The notes under the pieces were generated by a model. That model made no database searches and was not told the origin of the DNA. It was given only the letters and a program-made list of their open reading frames with translations. Of a DNA stretch of 64,000 bases, positions 1 through 9,725 are shown in pieces; positions within the stretch are counted from its first letter, which is position 1, and each line of letters opens with the position of its first letter. The stretch is from the NCBI GenBank assembly GCA_964434675.1, contig CAYSWN010000006.1:14343-78342 (forward strand), written 5' to 3'. The stretch is from an uncultured Ignavibacterium sp. GTDB taxonomy: Bacteria > Bacteroidota > Ignavibacteria > Ignavibacteriales > Ignavibacteriaceae. The position numbers and the translations under genes are program-made.

Positions 1-1
1 A

Positions 2-151
2 CTTTGGGGTGATGCAGAATCTATTGAAGTTATTGATCCGGAGATTCTTAAAGCCGAAGCAAAAAAGAAAAAAGCAAAAACAGTCACTAAGAAATCAACC
101 ACTAAAACCTCCGCAGCCAAAACAACAAAAAAGAAAACAACCAAAGAATAA
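2..151 (+). CDS. 3' end of a CDS truncated by the window edge; basic Lys/Thr-rich C-terminal tail, product unknown
   Basis: Frame 2 is open from the window edge to TAA at 149-151. It translates LWGDAESIEVIDPEILKAEAKKKKAKTVTKKSTTKTSAAKTTKKKTTKE*. It is absent from the ORF track because no start lies in the window. Confidence 0.45.
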   Translation, partial: LWGDAESIEVIDPEILKAEAKKKKAKTVTKKSTTKTSAAKTTKKKTTKE

Positions 152-168
152 TTAAGAAGAAATTAAAT

Positions 169-1797
169 TTGAAAGAATATCTCCACTCCGCTTTTATTGA
201 AGCTAAAAACAAAATTCCCGAACTTAAAGAAATCCCAATTACCTTTGATGTTCCCAAATCCATAGAACATGGAGATTTATCGAGTAATGCCGCAATGCTT
301 CTCACCAAAGTTCTTAAAAAAAATCCCAGAGTTATTGCACAGCAAATTATTGATGCGTTGGATGTTCAAGATTCGATAATTGAAAAAATTGAAATTGCAG
401 GTCCGGGATTTATTAATTTTTTCTTTACAAAGGAACACGTAACAAAAATCATAAAAGAAATACTTGCACAAAAAGAAAATTTTGGTAGATCAAATAAGTA
501 CAATGGTAAAAAAGCTAATGTTGAATTTGTTTCTGCAAATCCTACAGGACCATTAACTGTAGGACACGGAAGAAATGCTGTTGTTGGTGATACTGTTGCA
601 AATCTTTTAGAGTGGATTGGGTATGAAGTTGATCGTGAGTACTATTTTAATAATGCCGGCAGGCAAATGCGTGTGCTTGGTGATTCAGTAAAGCTGAGAT
701 ATTTAGAAGCGTTGGGTGATCAAACTAATTTCCCCGAAGATTACTATCAGGGCGATTATATTAAAGATATTGCAATGCAATTATTCATAAAGCATGGTGA
801 TAATTTGCGCAATGACAATCCGGAATCAATATTTAAAGATGCCGCAGAACAGGAAATATTTTTTGATATAAAAAAATCTTTAAAAAATCTTGGAATAAAC
901 CATAAAATATTTTTTAATGAAAATACGCTTTATGAAGATGGAAAAATCAAAAAATTATTAAGAATCTTTAAAGAAAAAAATCTTTCTTATGAAAAAGATG
1001 GAGCAGTTTGGTTAAAGCTTTCTGAACTCGGACTAACTGAAGATAAGGTGATTGTTAAAAATACCGGCGAACCAACTTATCGTTTGCCTGATATTGCTTA
1101 TCACGCTGTAAAACTTGATCGCGGATATGATTTATTAATTGATCTTTTTGGATCAGATCACAACGCAACTTATCCTGATGTTATGGCAGGATTAAATGCA
1201 ATTGGTTATGATTCATCAAAAATAAAAGTTTTGATTCATCAATTTGTTACAATTATGGACGGCGATGATGTTGTTAAAATGTCCACAAGAAAAGCCAACT
1301 TCATTACTCTTGATGAATTGAATGAAGAAGTTGGAAGCGATGTTGTGCGATATTTTTTTAATATGCGAAATGTTAACTCACACATGATTTTTGATCTTGC
1401 AGTTGCAAAAAAACAATCTGATGAAAATCCAGTTTTCTATCTTCAATATGCACACGCACGTATAAGTTCGATTTTAAGACGAGTGAAAGAAGAACAGCTT
1501 GAAGTTTCAATTAATAATCTGGAATTGCTGACTCACGAAGATGAACAAGCGTTACTAAAAGTTCTTCATAATTTTAAAGAAGAAGTTTTTAGCAGCGCTG
1601 AAAATTTAGAAACACACAAACTCTGTACTTTTCTTTATGATTTAGCAGGAGCTTATCACAAGTTTAACAGGACTTGCAGAATATTAGGAAGTGAAAAAAA
1701 TCTTGCTGAAGCACGATTAGCACTAGCTTATGCAACTATGATTGTTATAAAAAATGGATTAAGTATTCTTGGCGTTTCTGCTCCAGAACAAATGTAA
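169..1797 (+). CDS. argS: Arginine--tRNA ligase
   Basis: 542-aa ORF with a TTG start. HIGH-type motif context SANPTGPLTVGHGRN and KMSKS-type motif KMSTRK. Typical ArgRS N-terminal region and C-terminal anticodon-binding region. Confidence 0.95.
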   Translation: MKEYLHSAFIEAKNKIPELKEIPITFDVPKSIEHGDLSSNAAMLLTKVLKKNPRVIAQQIIDALDVQDSIIEKIEIAGPGFINFFFTKEHVTKIIKEILAQKENFGRSNKYNGKKANVEFVSANPTGPLTVGHGRNAVVGDTVANLLEWIGYEVDREYYFNNAGRQMRVLGDSVKLRYLEALGDQTNFPEDYYQGDYIKDIAMQLFIKHGDNLRNDNPESIFKDAAEQEIFFDIKKSLKNLGINHKIFFNENTLYEDGKIKKLLRIFKEKNLSYEKDGAVWLKLSELGLTEDKVIVKNTGEPTYRLPDIAYHAVKLDRGYDLLIDLFGSDHNATYPDVMAGLNAIGYDSSKIKVLIHQFVTIMDGDDVVKMSTRKANFITLDELNEEVGSDVVRYFFNMRNVNSHMIFDLAVAKKQSDENPVFYLQYAHARISSILRRVKEEQLEVSINNLELLTHEDEQALLKVLHNFKEEVFSSAENLETHKLCTFLYDLAGAYHKFNRTCRILGSEKNLAEARLALAYATMIVIKNGLSILGVSAPEQM

Positions 1798-1798
1798 A

Positions 1799-2503
1799 TT
1801 AATCTGCAATTGCTATTGAAGCTGCATAAATTTTATTTGCACCTGCTTCTAACAGAATTTTTCCACATTCAGAAATTGTTGCACCGGTTGTTATAACATC
1901 ATCCAGCAATAAAATATTTTTACCCTCCGCTATATTTTTTTTTCTCACTTTAAATGCATTGGAAATATTATCTTCACGCTCGTTAAGATTCATTTTAGTT
2001 TGGGATTCTGTGTACTTAATACGTTTGACAATTCTATCAGATGAATTTACATCTAAAATATTTTCAACACCTTTTGCTATGTAATAAGATTGATTGTAAC
2101 CGCGTTCTGCTTTTTTGAGACGATGCAATGGAATCGGTATCACTGTATCAAACTGCCAATTAGGTTTTTCTTTTTTGATTGCTGAGGCAAGAATAGTCCC
2201 AAGAAAAATTCCTATACGGAATTTCTTTTCATATTTTAATGAGTGAATAGCATGCTGCAATTCTTTATCTTTTTCAAATATAAATGGTGCATAAAAATCA
2301 GCAATGATTTTTTTGTCTTCAAATTTTCTTTCAAATTCATGCTGTAATCTTGCAGAGGTAGATTTTTGAATTTTTGAAAAACACTTATCGCAAATTGTAT
2401 CTTGATTTATGTTAAGCTTGGTTTTGCAAGAACAGCAAAAACGCGGGAGTATAAAATCTAAAAATACATTTGGAATATATTTTAGTCTTCCAAAAAATCT
2501 CAT
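1799..2503 (-). CDS. ComF family protein (phosphoribosyltransferase fold)
   Basis: N-terminal Cys pairs (CCSCKTKL...CDKCF) and C-terminal PRT motif ILLLDDVITTGATISE. I moved the start to ATG 2501-2503 (MRFFGRL...), which forms an ATGA overlap with the upstream stop. The track ORF extends further, to 2572. Confidence 0.85.
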   Translation of the reverse strand: MRFFGRLKYIPNVFLDFILPRFCCSCKTKLNINQDTICDKCFSKIQKSTSARLQHEFERKFEDKKIIADFYAPFIFEKDKELQHAIHSLKYEKKFRIGIFLGTILASAIKKEKPNWQFDTVIPIPLHRLKKAERGYNQSYYIAKGVENILDVNSSDRIVKRIKYTESQTKMNLNEREDNISNAFKVRKKNIAEGKNILLLDDVITTGATISECGKILLEAGANKIYAASIAIAD

Positions 2504-4638
2504 AACATTCCAGCTCGTTTGCGTATAAACCATTCGGCAGCAAAAAGAATTATCACAATTATAAGCAGCCATTCATCAGACCAAAGCCGTATTTCTGAAG
2601 TGATAAATTTTTCTTTTGATGAGCTTTTATTCCGGTTGTCCAATAAATTTAATAAGTCTTTATACTTTTCAGAACTAAAATATTTTCCATTCGTTTGATT
2701 TGATAGAAGATTTAAAAACTCATAGTTCATTCTTGTTTCAATCATTTCGATGTCAACATCGCCAACATTAAACGAACCTTTATCATCACCTAAATATTTT
2801 CCGTTTATTGATGAATTTCCATTGAAAAAATAATCACCATTAATTTCAGGTGTAAAATTTCCTTCATATAATCCGCCTCCAACTGAAGACAATAATAAAA
2901 TTTGCTTTTGATCTTTATTGTTAATTTGAATTTTAACTTCAGCATCATTGACAGGATTAAAAGATTCATCATACACTTGCGCAGAAAATTGCACTGTTTC
3001 ACCAGTTGAGTAAATCTGTTTAGATGTTTTTATTCTAACTTTTTTCTGATCATCTGGAGCATTTAACCAGCGAGTAGAGCCAACAATAAAATTATCAAAC
3101 AATGTTAAATTTTTAGAAGCTGTTTGCAGCTTCCATTTCCAAATATCTTTTCCTATAACAGCTAAAGATCTTTTTGAACCGAAACTTCTTGTGATGATCA
3201 ATGGATTATTTCTTGGCTGATTATTAATTCTTACTTTAGAAAGAATTTTACTTTCCGGTTTAATCGTTAACGAAATTAGCGGCTGGGAAATTGGAGGTAG
3301 ATTATTCCAATCATTAATTAAATTATTTATTAATACAGGATTTGATATTTCGCTTATTTGAATGTCAGGCTGCACCTGCAAATAATTTTTATCAATCGTT
3401 TGAACAGAAAAAGACAACAGGCTGCTGATACGATTTAATTTATTTAAATCAACATCTCCCGAAAGTAAAAGAAAGAAAGGGGTATTTCTAATTTCCAATT
3501 TATTTTTTAATCGTGTTAAAAAATCTTCGCTTGTTAGATTAGTTGGAAACTCAATTAGATAAATGATATCCGCACTATCGAGCTTTTGCTGCGGATTTTG
3601 TTCAAGAAAATTACCGGCAGAAATTTGGGTTAGCGTATTTACTTTAAGATTTTCATCCGCAGAAAGTGAATTTTTAATAAATGTTAAATCCGCAGAAGGT
3701 TTACCAGACAGCAGCAGCACATTGATTTTATTGCTTAAAACATTTATGTAAAACACTTTTTGATTGTTTAAATAAGTTGATTCACTATTTTGATTTGCAA
3801 TTCTTATAGTAAGTTTTTTTTCGCCGCTCAGTTTTGGAGTGTAATCAAAAGCAATAGAATTTACACCACTTGCATCTAACGTTAAACTTTTTTGTTCTAT
3901 TAACTGTGTGTTTTCATAAAGAGATATTTGTGAAGATTTACCTGCAAATCCTTTATTCAAAATTGTTGCAAGAATTGTAGTAGGAGTTTCAGCGTAAATA
4001 AATTCATTGTTAATTACGTTTTTAATCTCAACATCGTTCTTTTGTGTGCTGTCCCCGATTCCAACTGTAAAAACCGGAATACCAAGTTTCTCAGCACTGT
4101 AAATAGGCGTTGATCCTTCGGTTATCACTCCATCAGAAACTATTGTGATTGATGAAATATTATTCTCAGTTTGATTAATATTTGAAAATATTTTTGCAAA
4201 ATCTGTTGTGGTTTCACTAAAACCAAATGTTGCAAGGCTATCGGTGCTAACCTGATTTACATCATAGCCAAATGAATATATTTGTTTATCTCCATTTAAT
4301 GATGCTGAATTAGTTTGTTCAATTAATGATTTAATTTTATCAATTCGATTCGTACCATCATTTATTGCTATGGATTTGCTGTTATCAAAAAAGAAAAGAT
4401 TTAGCGGAGCTAAAATATTTTTCTTTGTTAATGTTAAAACAGGTTCAAAAAAAATAAAAAGTAAAAGTATTAATGCTAGTGATCGAATTAATGTTAAGAT
4501 AAATCTCTTAATTTTTGAAACTGGCGGAAGTGTAAATCTGTAAACATAAATTGAATATGCAGCCAATAAAATCAGAGCAATAAAAAAGAAGATTGAATTG
4601 AAAGATAAATTTAAATCTATTTTTTCATATCCAAACAT
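2500..4638 (-). CDS. Large membrane-anchored vWA-like protein (N-terminal double TM, C-terminal TM anchor), function unknown
   Basis: 712 aa. Two N-terminal hydrophobic helices. MIDAS-like DNSKS and IVSDGVITEG/VFTVGIGD motifs typical of vWA folds. C-terminal helix LLIIVIILFAAEWFIRKR. Confidence 0.6.
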   Translation of the reverse strand: MFGYEKIDLNLSFNSIFFFIALILLAAYSIYVYRFTLPPVSKIKRFILTLIRSLALILLLFIFFEPVLTLTKKNILAPLNLFFFDNSKSIAINDGTNRIDKIKSLIEQTNSASLNGDKQIYSFGYDVNQVSTDSLATFGFSETTTDFAKIFSNINQTENNISSITIVSDGVITEGSTPIYSAEKLGIPVFTVGIGDSTQKNDVEIKNVINNEFIYAETPTTILATILNKGFAGKSSQISLYENTQLIEQKSLTLDASGVNSIAFDYTPKLSGEKKLTIRIANQNSESTYLNNQKVFYINVLSNKINVLLLSGKPSADLTFIKNSLSADENLKVNTLTQISAGNFLEQNPQQKLDSADIIYLIEFPTNLTSEDFLTRLKNKLEIRNTPFFLLLSGDVDLNKLNRISSLLSFSVQTIDKNYLQVQPDIQISEISNPVLINNLINDWNNLPPISQPLISLTIKPESKILSKVRINNQPRNNPLIITRSFGSKRSLAVIGKDIWKWKLQTASKNLTLFDNFIVGSTRWLNAPDDQKKVRIKTSKQIYSTGETVQFSAQVYDESFNPVNDAEVKIQINNKDQKQILLLSSVGGGLYEGNFTPEINGDYFFNGNSSINGKYLGDDKGSFNVGDVDIEMIETRMNYEFLNLLSNQTNGKYFSSEKYKDLLNLLDNRNKSSSKEKFITSEIRLWSDEWLLIIVIILFAAEWFIRKRAGML

Positions 4639-5504
4639 TAGAAACTTAACTTTCCTTTTATTACAGTTTTGGCTTGACCGGAAATTATTAGTTCATTTTT
4701 AACGGAATTAAATTTTACACCAACTCTACCGTTTCTATTTAGTACGTCACCTTGTTCAATCTGTAGTATTAAATCATCTTTGTAATTCTTAATTAAACTA
4801 AGCTTGATTAAAACTAACAACAAAGGACCACAGGCTGAACCTGTAACCGGATCTTCATCTATTCCATCATACGGAGCAAAAAATCTTATATGAGCTGCAG
4901 AATCTTTTTCAATTGTTTCGGTTGTAAAAACAGCAATATCAAAAAATTCTTTTTTAGTTCTACTTAAATTGTTTAATGCCTTAAAATCAGGTTTCAAATC
5001 CCATAACGCTTTAATTGAATTAACACAAATGAAAAGATATCCATTATCAAGAATTATAAAAGGTAAATCGGAAACATAAATTCTATCTATAGAAAGTGCG
5101 CTTAATATTTCTTCTTTGCAGCCAGCAAATTCATTTAATTGCGGAATAGGGATTTGCATAAAATATTTTTCGTTTTCAACCGAGCAATTAATTATTCCGG
5201 AAAGTGTTTCAAAAGTTACATTTTGATTTTCAGTAACTAATCCTTTTTCAAAAAGATAGTGGAGCGAAGCAATTGTGGCATGTCCACATAACTTAACTTC
5301 TTTGGCTGGAGTGAACCATTGCAGCTTATAAGCAGCTTTATCTGAAGTACTAATAAAAGCAGTTTCTGAGAGATTCATCTCTTTTGCAATTAACTGTTTT
5401 TCATTTTCAGAAAGTAGATTTGAGAAAGTTACTCCTGCAGGATTGCCTTTAAAAGCTTCAGTAGAAAAAGCATCTATTTGATAAATATCAATCTCTTTTG
5501 CCAT
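4638..5504 (-). CDS. PhzF family phenazine-biosynthesis-like isomerase
   Basis: 288 aa. N-terminus IYQIDAFSTEAFKGNPAGV, CGHATIAS and DPVTGSACGPL motifs are typical of the PhzF/YddE family. Confidence 0.85.
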   Translation of the reverse strand: MAKEIDIYQIDAFSTEAFKGNPAGVTFSNLLSENEKQLIAKEMNLSETAFISTSDKAAYKLQWFTPAKEVKLCGHATIASLHYLFEKGLVTENQNVTFETLSGIINCSVENEKYFMQIPIPQLNEFAGCKEEILSALSIDRIYVSDLPFIILDNGYLFICVNSIKALWDLKPDFKALNNLSRTKKEFFDIAVFTTETIEKDSAAHIRFFAPYDGIDEDPVTGSACGPLLLVLIKLSLIKNYKDDLILQIEQGDVLNRNGRVGVKFNSVKNELIISGQAKTVIKGKLSF

Positions 5505-6267
5505 TAAGCAGATTCTCGATTTTCCATTCTTTCATTTTATCATAAGTTTGATAATCAGAAAGATCAAAATGGATTGGTGAAACAGAAACATAATTATTTT
5601 TTATCGCAGCTTGATCTAAGTCGTTGGATCTATCAACATCCATTAAATTTCCGGTAAGCCAATAATAATTTCTTCCGTAAGGATCAACTCGTTGTTCGTA
5701 AATATCATCCCACTTAGATTTGCCCTGCTTTGTAACAATCATTCCTTTTATTTCACTTTCGGGCAAGTTTGGTACATTAACATTTAACATTGTACCAACG
5801 GGCAAGCCGCGTTTAAAAACTTCCTGCGAAAGTAGCGTTGCAACTTTTGATGCGAATGAAAAATCTAAAACCTGATGACTTGCAACAGAAATTGCAATTG
5901 AAGGAACATCCATTATTGCTGCTTCTCTTGCGGCGGAAACTGTTCCTGAATAAATAATATTTATTGCAGTGTTTGATCCATGATTGATTCCAGATACTAC
6001 TAAATCAGGAGGAGAAGGCATTAAATTACGCATACCAATTTTTACGCAATCAGCAGGTGTACCATCAATTGCGTACCCAAAAAATTTTCCGTTCTTTTGA
6101 AATTCAAAAACTCTAAGCGGAGTTTGCATTGTTATTGCGTGTCCAACGGCGCTTTGTTCTTTATGCGGTGCAACTACGGTTACTTCGGCAATAGTTTTTA
6201 ATGCAGTAACTAAAGAATCAATTCCTGCTGAATCAATTCCATCATCGTTTGAAACTAAAATTCTCAA
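5488..6267 (-). CDS. surE: 5'/3'-nucleotidase SurE
   Basis: SurE signature (M)RILVSNDDGIDSAGI and GINHGSN. I chose the TTG start at 6265-6267 because it gives the canonical MRIL(V/L)SNDDG N-terminus. The track ORF extends to 6327 with no conserved sequence. Confidence 0.9.
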   Translation of the reverse strand: MRILVSNDDGIDSAGIDSLVTALKTIAEVTVVAPHKEQSAVGHAITMQTPLRVFEFQKNGKFFGYAIDGTPADCVKIGMRNLMPSPPDLVVSGINHGSNTAINIIYSGTVSAAREAAIMDVPSIAISVASHQVLDFSFASKVATLLSQEVFKRGLPVGTMLNVNVPNLPESEIKGMIVTKQGKSKWDDIYEQRVDPYGRNYYWLTGNLMDVDRSNDLDQAAIKNNYVSVSPIHFDLSDYQTYDKMKEWKIENLLNGKRD

Positions 6268-6383
6268 TATTGTTCCTATTTTATTTTTTTTGCTTAGCAA
6301 TATAGTGCTAAGCCTTGTTTTACTCAATTTAAAAGTATCAAATGTAGCACAGAATTTATTCCGTGCTAATTTACAAAGGTTTA

Positions 6384-6401
6384 CTCAGACTGAAGTCTGA
6401 G
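6384..6401. repeat. Short GC-containing hairpin in the surE/pgeF divergent region
   Basis: CTCAGAC-TGAA-GTCTGAG, a perfect 7-bp stem with a 4-nt loop. Confidence 0.4.
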
Positions 6402-6469
6402 CTACCAATCAATGAGTTACGCAGTAAGAAAAATGGTAACAAAAGTTTGCTTAAATTTGCTGTCAAAAA

Positions 6470-7204
6470 ATGTATATTTTAAAACCCTACATATTTGAAA
6501 AGCATCCGGAAATTATTTTTGGATTTAGTACTAAAGTATCAGAAGATGCCAAACCGCCATACTATTTTAATCTATCATATTCAGTTGGTGATGATAAAAA
6601 TATAGTTGATAAAAACAGGAAAGATTTCTTTGAATCACTGGGACTATCTGTTGAAAACGTCGGCTATCAAAGACAAATCCATTCTGATATTATTCAAGTA
6701 ATTGAATGCGGCGGTGATAATGGTGCAAGCGATGCTTTGATTACGAATAAAAAAAATCTTGGAATTGCAATCGCGGTTGCGGACTGCACTCCAATTTTTA
6801 TTTATGATAAAAAAAATAAAGTTATCGCTGCAGTTCATTCCGGTTGGAAGGGAACAGAACAAAAAATATTATTAAAAACTCTAAACAAATTTCACAATGA
6901 ATTTAAATCTAATCCGGAAAATATGATTTGCTACATAGGTCCATCAATCTCACAAGCCAATTATGAAGTTGGAAGCGAAGTTGCAGAATTGTTTGATAAG
7001 TCTTTTTCAAAACCAAACGGCGAAAAGTTTTTATTAGATATTAGTGGAATTAATTATAAAATTCTTTTGGATTTCGGGATTTCAATAAATCAAATACAAA
7101 AATCAGAATTGTGTACTTTTGAATTTGAGAGTTTACTTCATTCATATCGCAGAGATGGAAACCTTTCTGGTAGAGCGCTTGGGGTGATCGCAATTAAAGG
7201 ATGA
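6470..7204 (+). CDS. pgeF: Peptidoglycan editing factor PgeF (YfiH/DUF152 family)
   Basis: 244 aa. QIHSD..., DALITN..., AVADCTPIF and AAVHSGWKGT motifs of the YfiH family. Confidence 0.85.
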   Translation: MYILKPYIFEKHPEIIFGFSTKVSEDAKPPYYFNLSYSVGDDKNIVDKNRKDFFESLGLSVENVGYQRQIHSDIIQVIECGGDNGASDALITNKKNLGIAIAVADCTPIFIYDKKNKVIAAVHSGWKGTEQKILLKTLNKFHNEFKSNPENMICYIGPSISQANYEVGSEVAELFDKSFSKPNGEKFLLDISGINYKILLDFGISINQIQKSELCTFEFESLLHSYRRDGNLSGRALGVIAIKG

Positions 7205-8118
7205 AATCATCGCCGCTAAAAATAATATTAGTTTATGTTTTGCTCTGCATAATTTGGGGCTCAACGTGGCTTGCGATTAGAGCAAGTTTAGAATCACTAA
7301 CTCCATTCATTTCTCTTGGTTCACGTTTTATTTTTGCTTCACTGTTCATTTTTGTTTTAATGAAGTTTAGAGGTATATCATTACAAAAAGATAAAGAATC
7401 AATCCGGCTTTATTTATTGATGGGATTTTTGTCCTTCGTAATTCCATTCGGTTTGGTTTATTGGGCAGAACAGTTTGTGCCATCAGGATTGGCTTCAGTA
7501 TTGTTTGCAGTTTATCCATTTTTTGTAGCGGTGTTTTCATTCTATAGAATACCGAATGATACAATTGGCAAACTAAAAACATTTGGTATGAGTTTAGGTT
7601 TTTTTGGTATCATTGTAATATTTTCTGACTCCTTTACTGCTGATTTTTCAAATCTGTTCCTGGGAATGATAGCAGTTGCATTAAGCGGAATTATTCAAGC
7701 GTGGATGGCAGTTACAATAAAAAAATCCGGTAAACATCTTAATGCACTTTCAATGAATTTTATTCCGATGTTGATTGCAGGATTTTCTGGTTTGGTTTTT
7801 GGATTGTTGACTGAAGATTTATCAAAAATAAAGATTGATGAAACTGCAATTACAAGTGTGTTGTATCTCGCATTCTTCGGAAGTGTTGTTACTTTTACAT
7901 CATTTTACTGGCTTATGAAAAAAATAAATGTTGTTCTACTTTCACTGATTGCATTTATAACTCCAATCGTTGCGCTAATTCTTGGATGGATATTCTACAA
8001 AGAATCGTTAACATCAGAACACATAATTGGCAGTGCTTTAGTTTTGATTGGATTGTTGTTTGCAAATCTTGAACCTTTTATCAGAAAGAAAGCATTTAAA
8101 TATACGGCAAACAATTAA
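7201..8118 (+). CDS. EamA/DMT family transporter
   Basis: 305 aa with about 10 hydrophobic helices and a duplicated EamA-like architecture. ATGA overlap with pgeF. Confidence 0.85.
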   Translation: MKSSPLKIILVYVLLCIIWGSTWLAIRASLESLTPFISLGSRFIFASLFIFVLMKFRGISLQKDKESIRLYLLMGFLSFVIPFGLVYWAEQFVPSGLASVLFAVYPFFVAVFSFYRIPNDTIGKLKTFGMSLGFFGIIVIFSDSFTADFSNLFLGMIAVALSGIIQAWMAVTIKKSGKHLNALSMNFIPMLIAGFSGLVFGLLTEDLSKIKIDETAITSVLYLAFFGSVVTFTSFYWLMKKINVVLLSLIAFITPIVALILGWIFYKESLTSEHIIGSALVLIGLLFANLEPFIRKKAFKYTANN

Positions 8119-8160
8119 TTATTATTCGTTAATTTTAGATAAAAATTATAGGCAGGTTTG

Positions 8161-8535
8161 ATGCAAAATATTATCAGAATAAAAGGTGCAACTTTTTACG
8201 GCTATCACGGAGTTATGAGTGAAGAACAAAGCGTTGGCGGCAAGTTTGAAGCAGATGTAGATATGTACACAAACTTTAGTGAAGCTGCTAAAAAAGATTC
8301 GCTTCAGCAGACAATTGATTATCAAAAAGTGTACAAAGTGCTTTACCATCTTGCACTTGAGCACAAATATTATTTGATTGAAGCGGTCGCAAATAAAATT
8401 GCAGAAGAACTTTTAATTACTTTTACTGCGATTGAAAAAATTGCTGTAAGAGTTAGAAAAAATAATCCGCCGCTTGGCGGTGTTGTAGATTGTGTTGAAG
8501 TTGAAGTGATTAAAGAACGAAAGGATTTATTGTAG
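8161..8535 (+). CDS. folB: Dihydroneopterin aldolase
   Basis: IRIKGATFYGYHGVMSEEQSVGGKFEADVDM is a typical FolB N-terminus. ATG at 8161; an in-frame TTG at 8158 is also possible. Confidence 0.9.
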   Translation: MQNIIRIKGATFYGYHGVMSEEQSVGGKFEADVDMYTNFSEAAKKDSLQQTIDYQKVYKVLYHLALEHKYYLIEAVANKIAEELLITFTAIEKIAVRVRKNNPPLGGVVDCVEVEVIKERKDLL

Positions 8536-9075
8536 TTGAACGATAACAATTTAAATATTGCTTTTATCGGTATTGGTTGTAATGTTGGAAACAAAATTAT
8601 TAACATAAAATCTGCAATTAAACAAATTAATAAATTACCTGAAACAAGCGTTGAAAAAATTTCATCAATTTATGAAACGATGCCATTTGGAGATGTTAAG
8701 CAGAATAATTTTTTTAATGCTGTTATTAAAATTTTTACAGTATTAAATCTAAAAGAACTTTTTACGGAATTAAAAAACATCGAACAAAAACTTGGCAGAA
8801 TAAAAAGAGAAAAATGGGGTCCGCGGGAAATTGACCTTGATATTTTGTTGTTTAATGATTTAATTATTTCCGATGAAATTATTACTTTACCACATAAAGG
8901 TTTAATTTATAGGGATTTTGTGATGATTCCCTTAATTGAAATTGAACCTGATTTAATTCATCCTGTTTTTAATAAAAAAATATTTACGTTTGTCACAGAA
9001 TTAAAAACAAAAAATATTATTAATAAACTATCTGAACCATTATTTACGGAAGAAAAATATCTTGGCATCGAATGA
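8536..9075 (+). CDS. folK: 2-amino-4-hydroxy-6-hydroxymethyldihydropteridine diphosphokinase (HPPK)
   Basis: IAFIGIGCNVGN and KWGPREIDLDILLF motifs. The only candidate start upstream of the conserved N-terminus is TTG 8536, directly after the folB TAG and in the same frame. Confidence 0.85.
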   Translation: MNDNNLNIAFIGIGCNVGNKIINIKSAIKQINKLPETSVEKISSIYETMPFGDVKQNNFFNAVIKIFTVLNLKELFTELKNIEQKLGRIKREKWGPREIDLDILLFNDLIISDEIITLPHKGLIYRDFVMIPLIEIEPDLIHPVFNKKIFTFVTELKTKNIINKLSEPLFTEEKYLGIE

Positions 9076-9721
9076 GGATATAAAGTTTATTGCTGTTGAA
9101 GGCGTTATTGGGGCGGGTAAAACTGCTCTTGCTAAAAAATTAAAAGCAAGATTAGAATCAAAATTGATTCTTGAACAGTTTGAAGCAAATCCGTTTTTAG
9201 AAAATTTTTATAATGATAGAAAACGTTTTGCATTTCAAACACAAATGTTTTTTTTGATAAATAGATTTAAACAGCAGGAAGAATTAAATCAGGAAGACTT
9301 GTTCACAAACTTTATCGTATGCGATTATATTTTTGATAAAGATAAAATATTTGCATACCTAAATCTTTCTGCAGAAGAGCTAAAACTTTATGAAAATCTT
9401 TTCCCGCTGCTTTCTAGAAATTTAAGAAAACCTGATTTAGTTATTTATCTTCAATCCAGTCTTGATAGATTAATGTTCAATATTAAAAAGCGCAGCAGGG
9501 CAATCGAAAGAAATCTTACAAGAAGCTACATTGAGGAATTAAGTGATGCTTATAATCATTTCTTTTTTAGATATAATTCTACGCCGCTATTAATTGTAAA
9601 CTCAACAGATATTGATTTTGTAAATAATGACGAAGATTTTGACGAGTTGTTCAGACAAATATTCAGGGAAGACCGCGGTGTAACAGAGTACTTTAAACCG
9701 GAGAGTAAAAGTTTAAGCTAA
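9062..9721 (+). CDS. Deoxynucleoside kinase
   Basis: P-loop IAVEGVIGAGKTALAKKL and dNK-family spacing (ERS-like region, lid region RKRSRAIE). TTG start; 14-nt overlap with folK. Confidence 0.85.
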   Translation: MASNEDIKFIAVEGVIGAGKTALAKKLKARLESKLILEQFEANPFLENFYNDRKRFAFQTQMFFLINRFKQQEELNQEDLFTNFIVCDYIFDKDKIFAYLNLSAEELKLYENLFPLLSRNLRKPDLVIYLQSSLDRLMFNIKKRSRAIERNLTRSYIEELSDAYNHFFFRYNSTPLLIVNSTDIDFVNNDEDFDELFRQIFREDRGVTEYFKPESKSLS

Positions 9722-9725
9722 TTAT

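Noticed and set aside
2504-2572. N-terminal extension of the comF-like ORF; similar extensions occur at 6268-6327 (surE), 33928-33999 (PAP2), 31475-31519 (lipoprotein B), 44470-44481 (aroK) and 52732-52803 (beta-barrel)
   Set aside because: In each case an internal start is the better choice. It gives a canonical N-terminus or signal peptide, has a better RBS, or removes overlap with the upstream gene.
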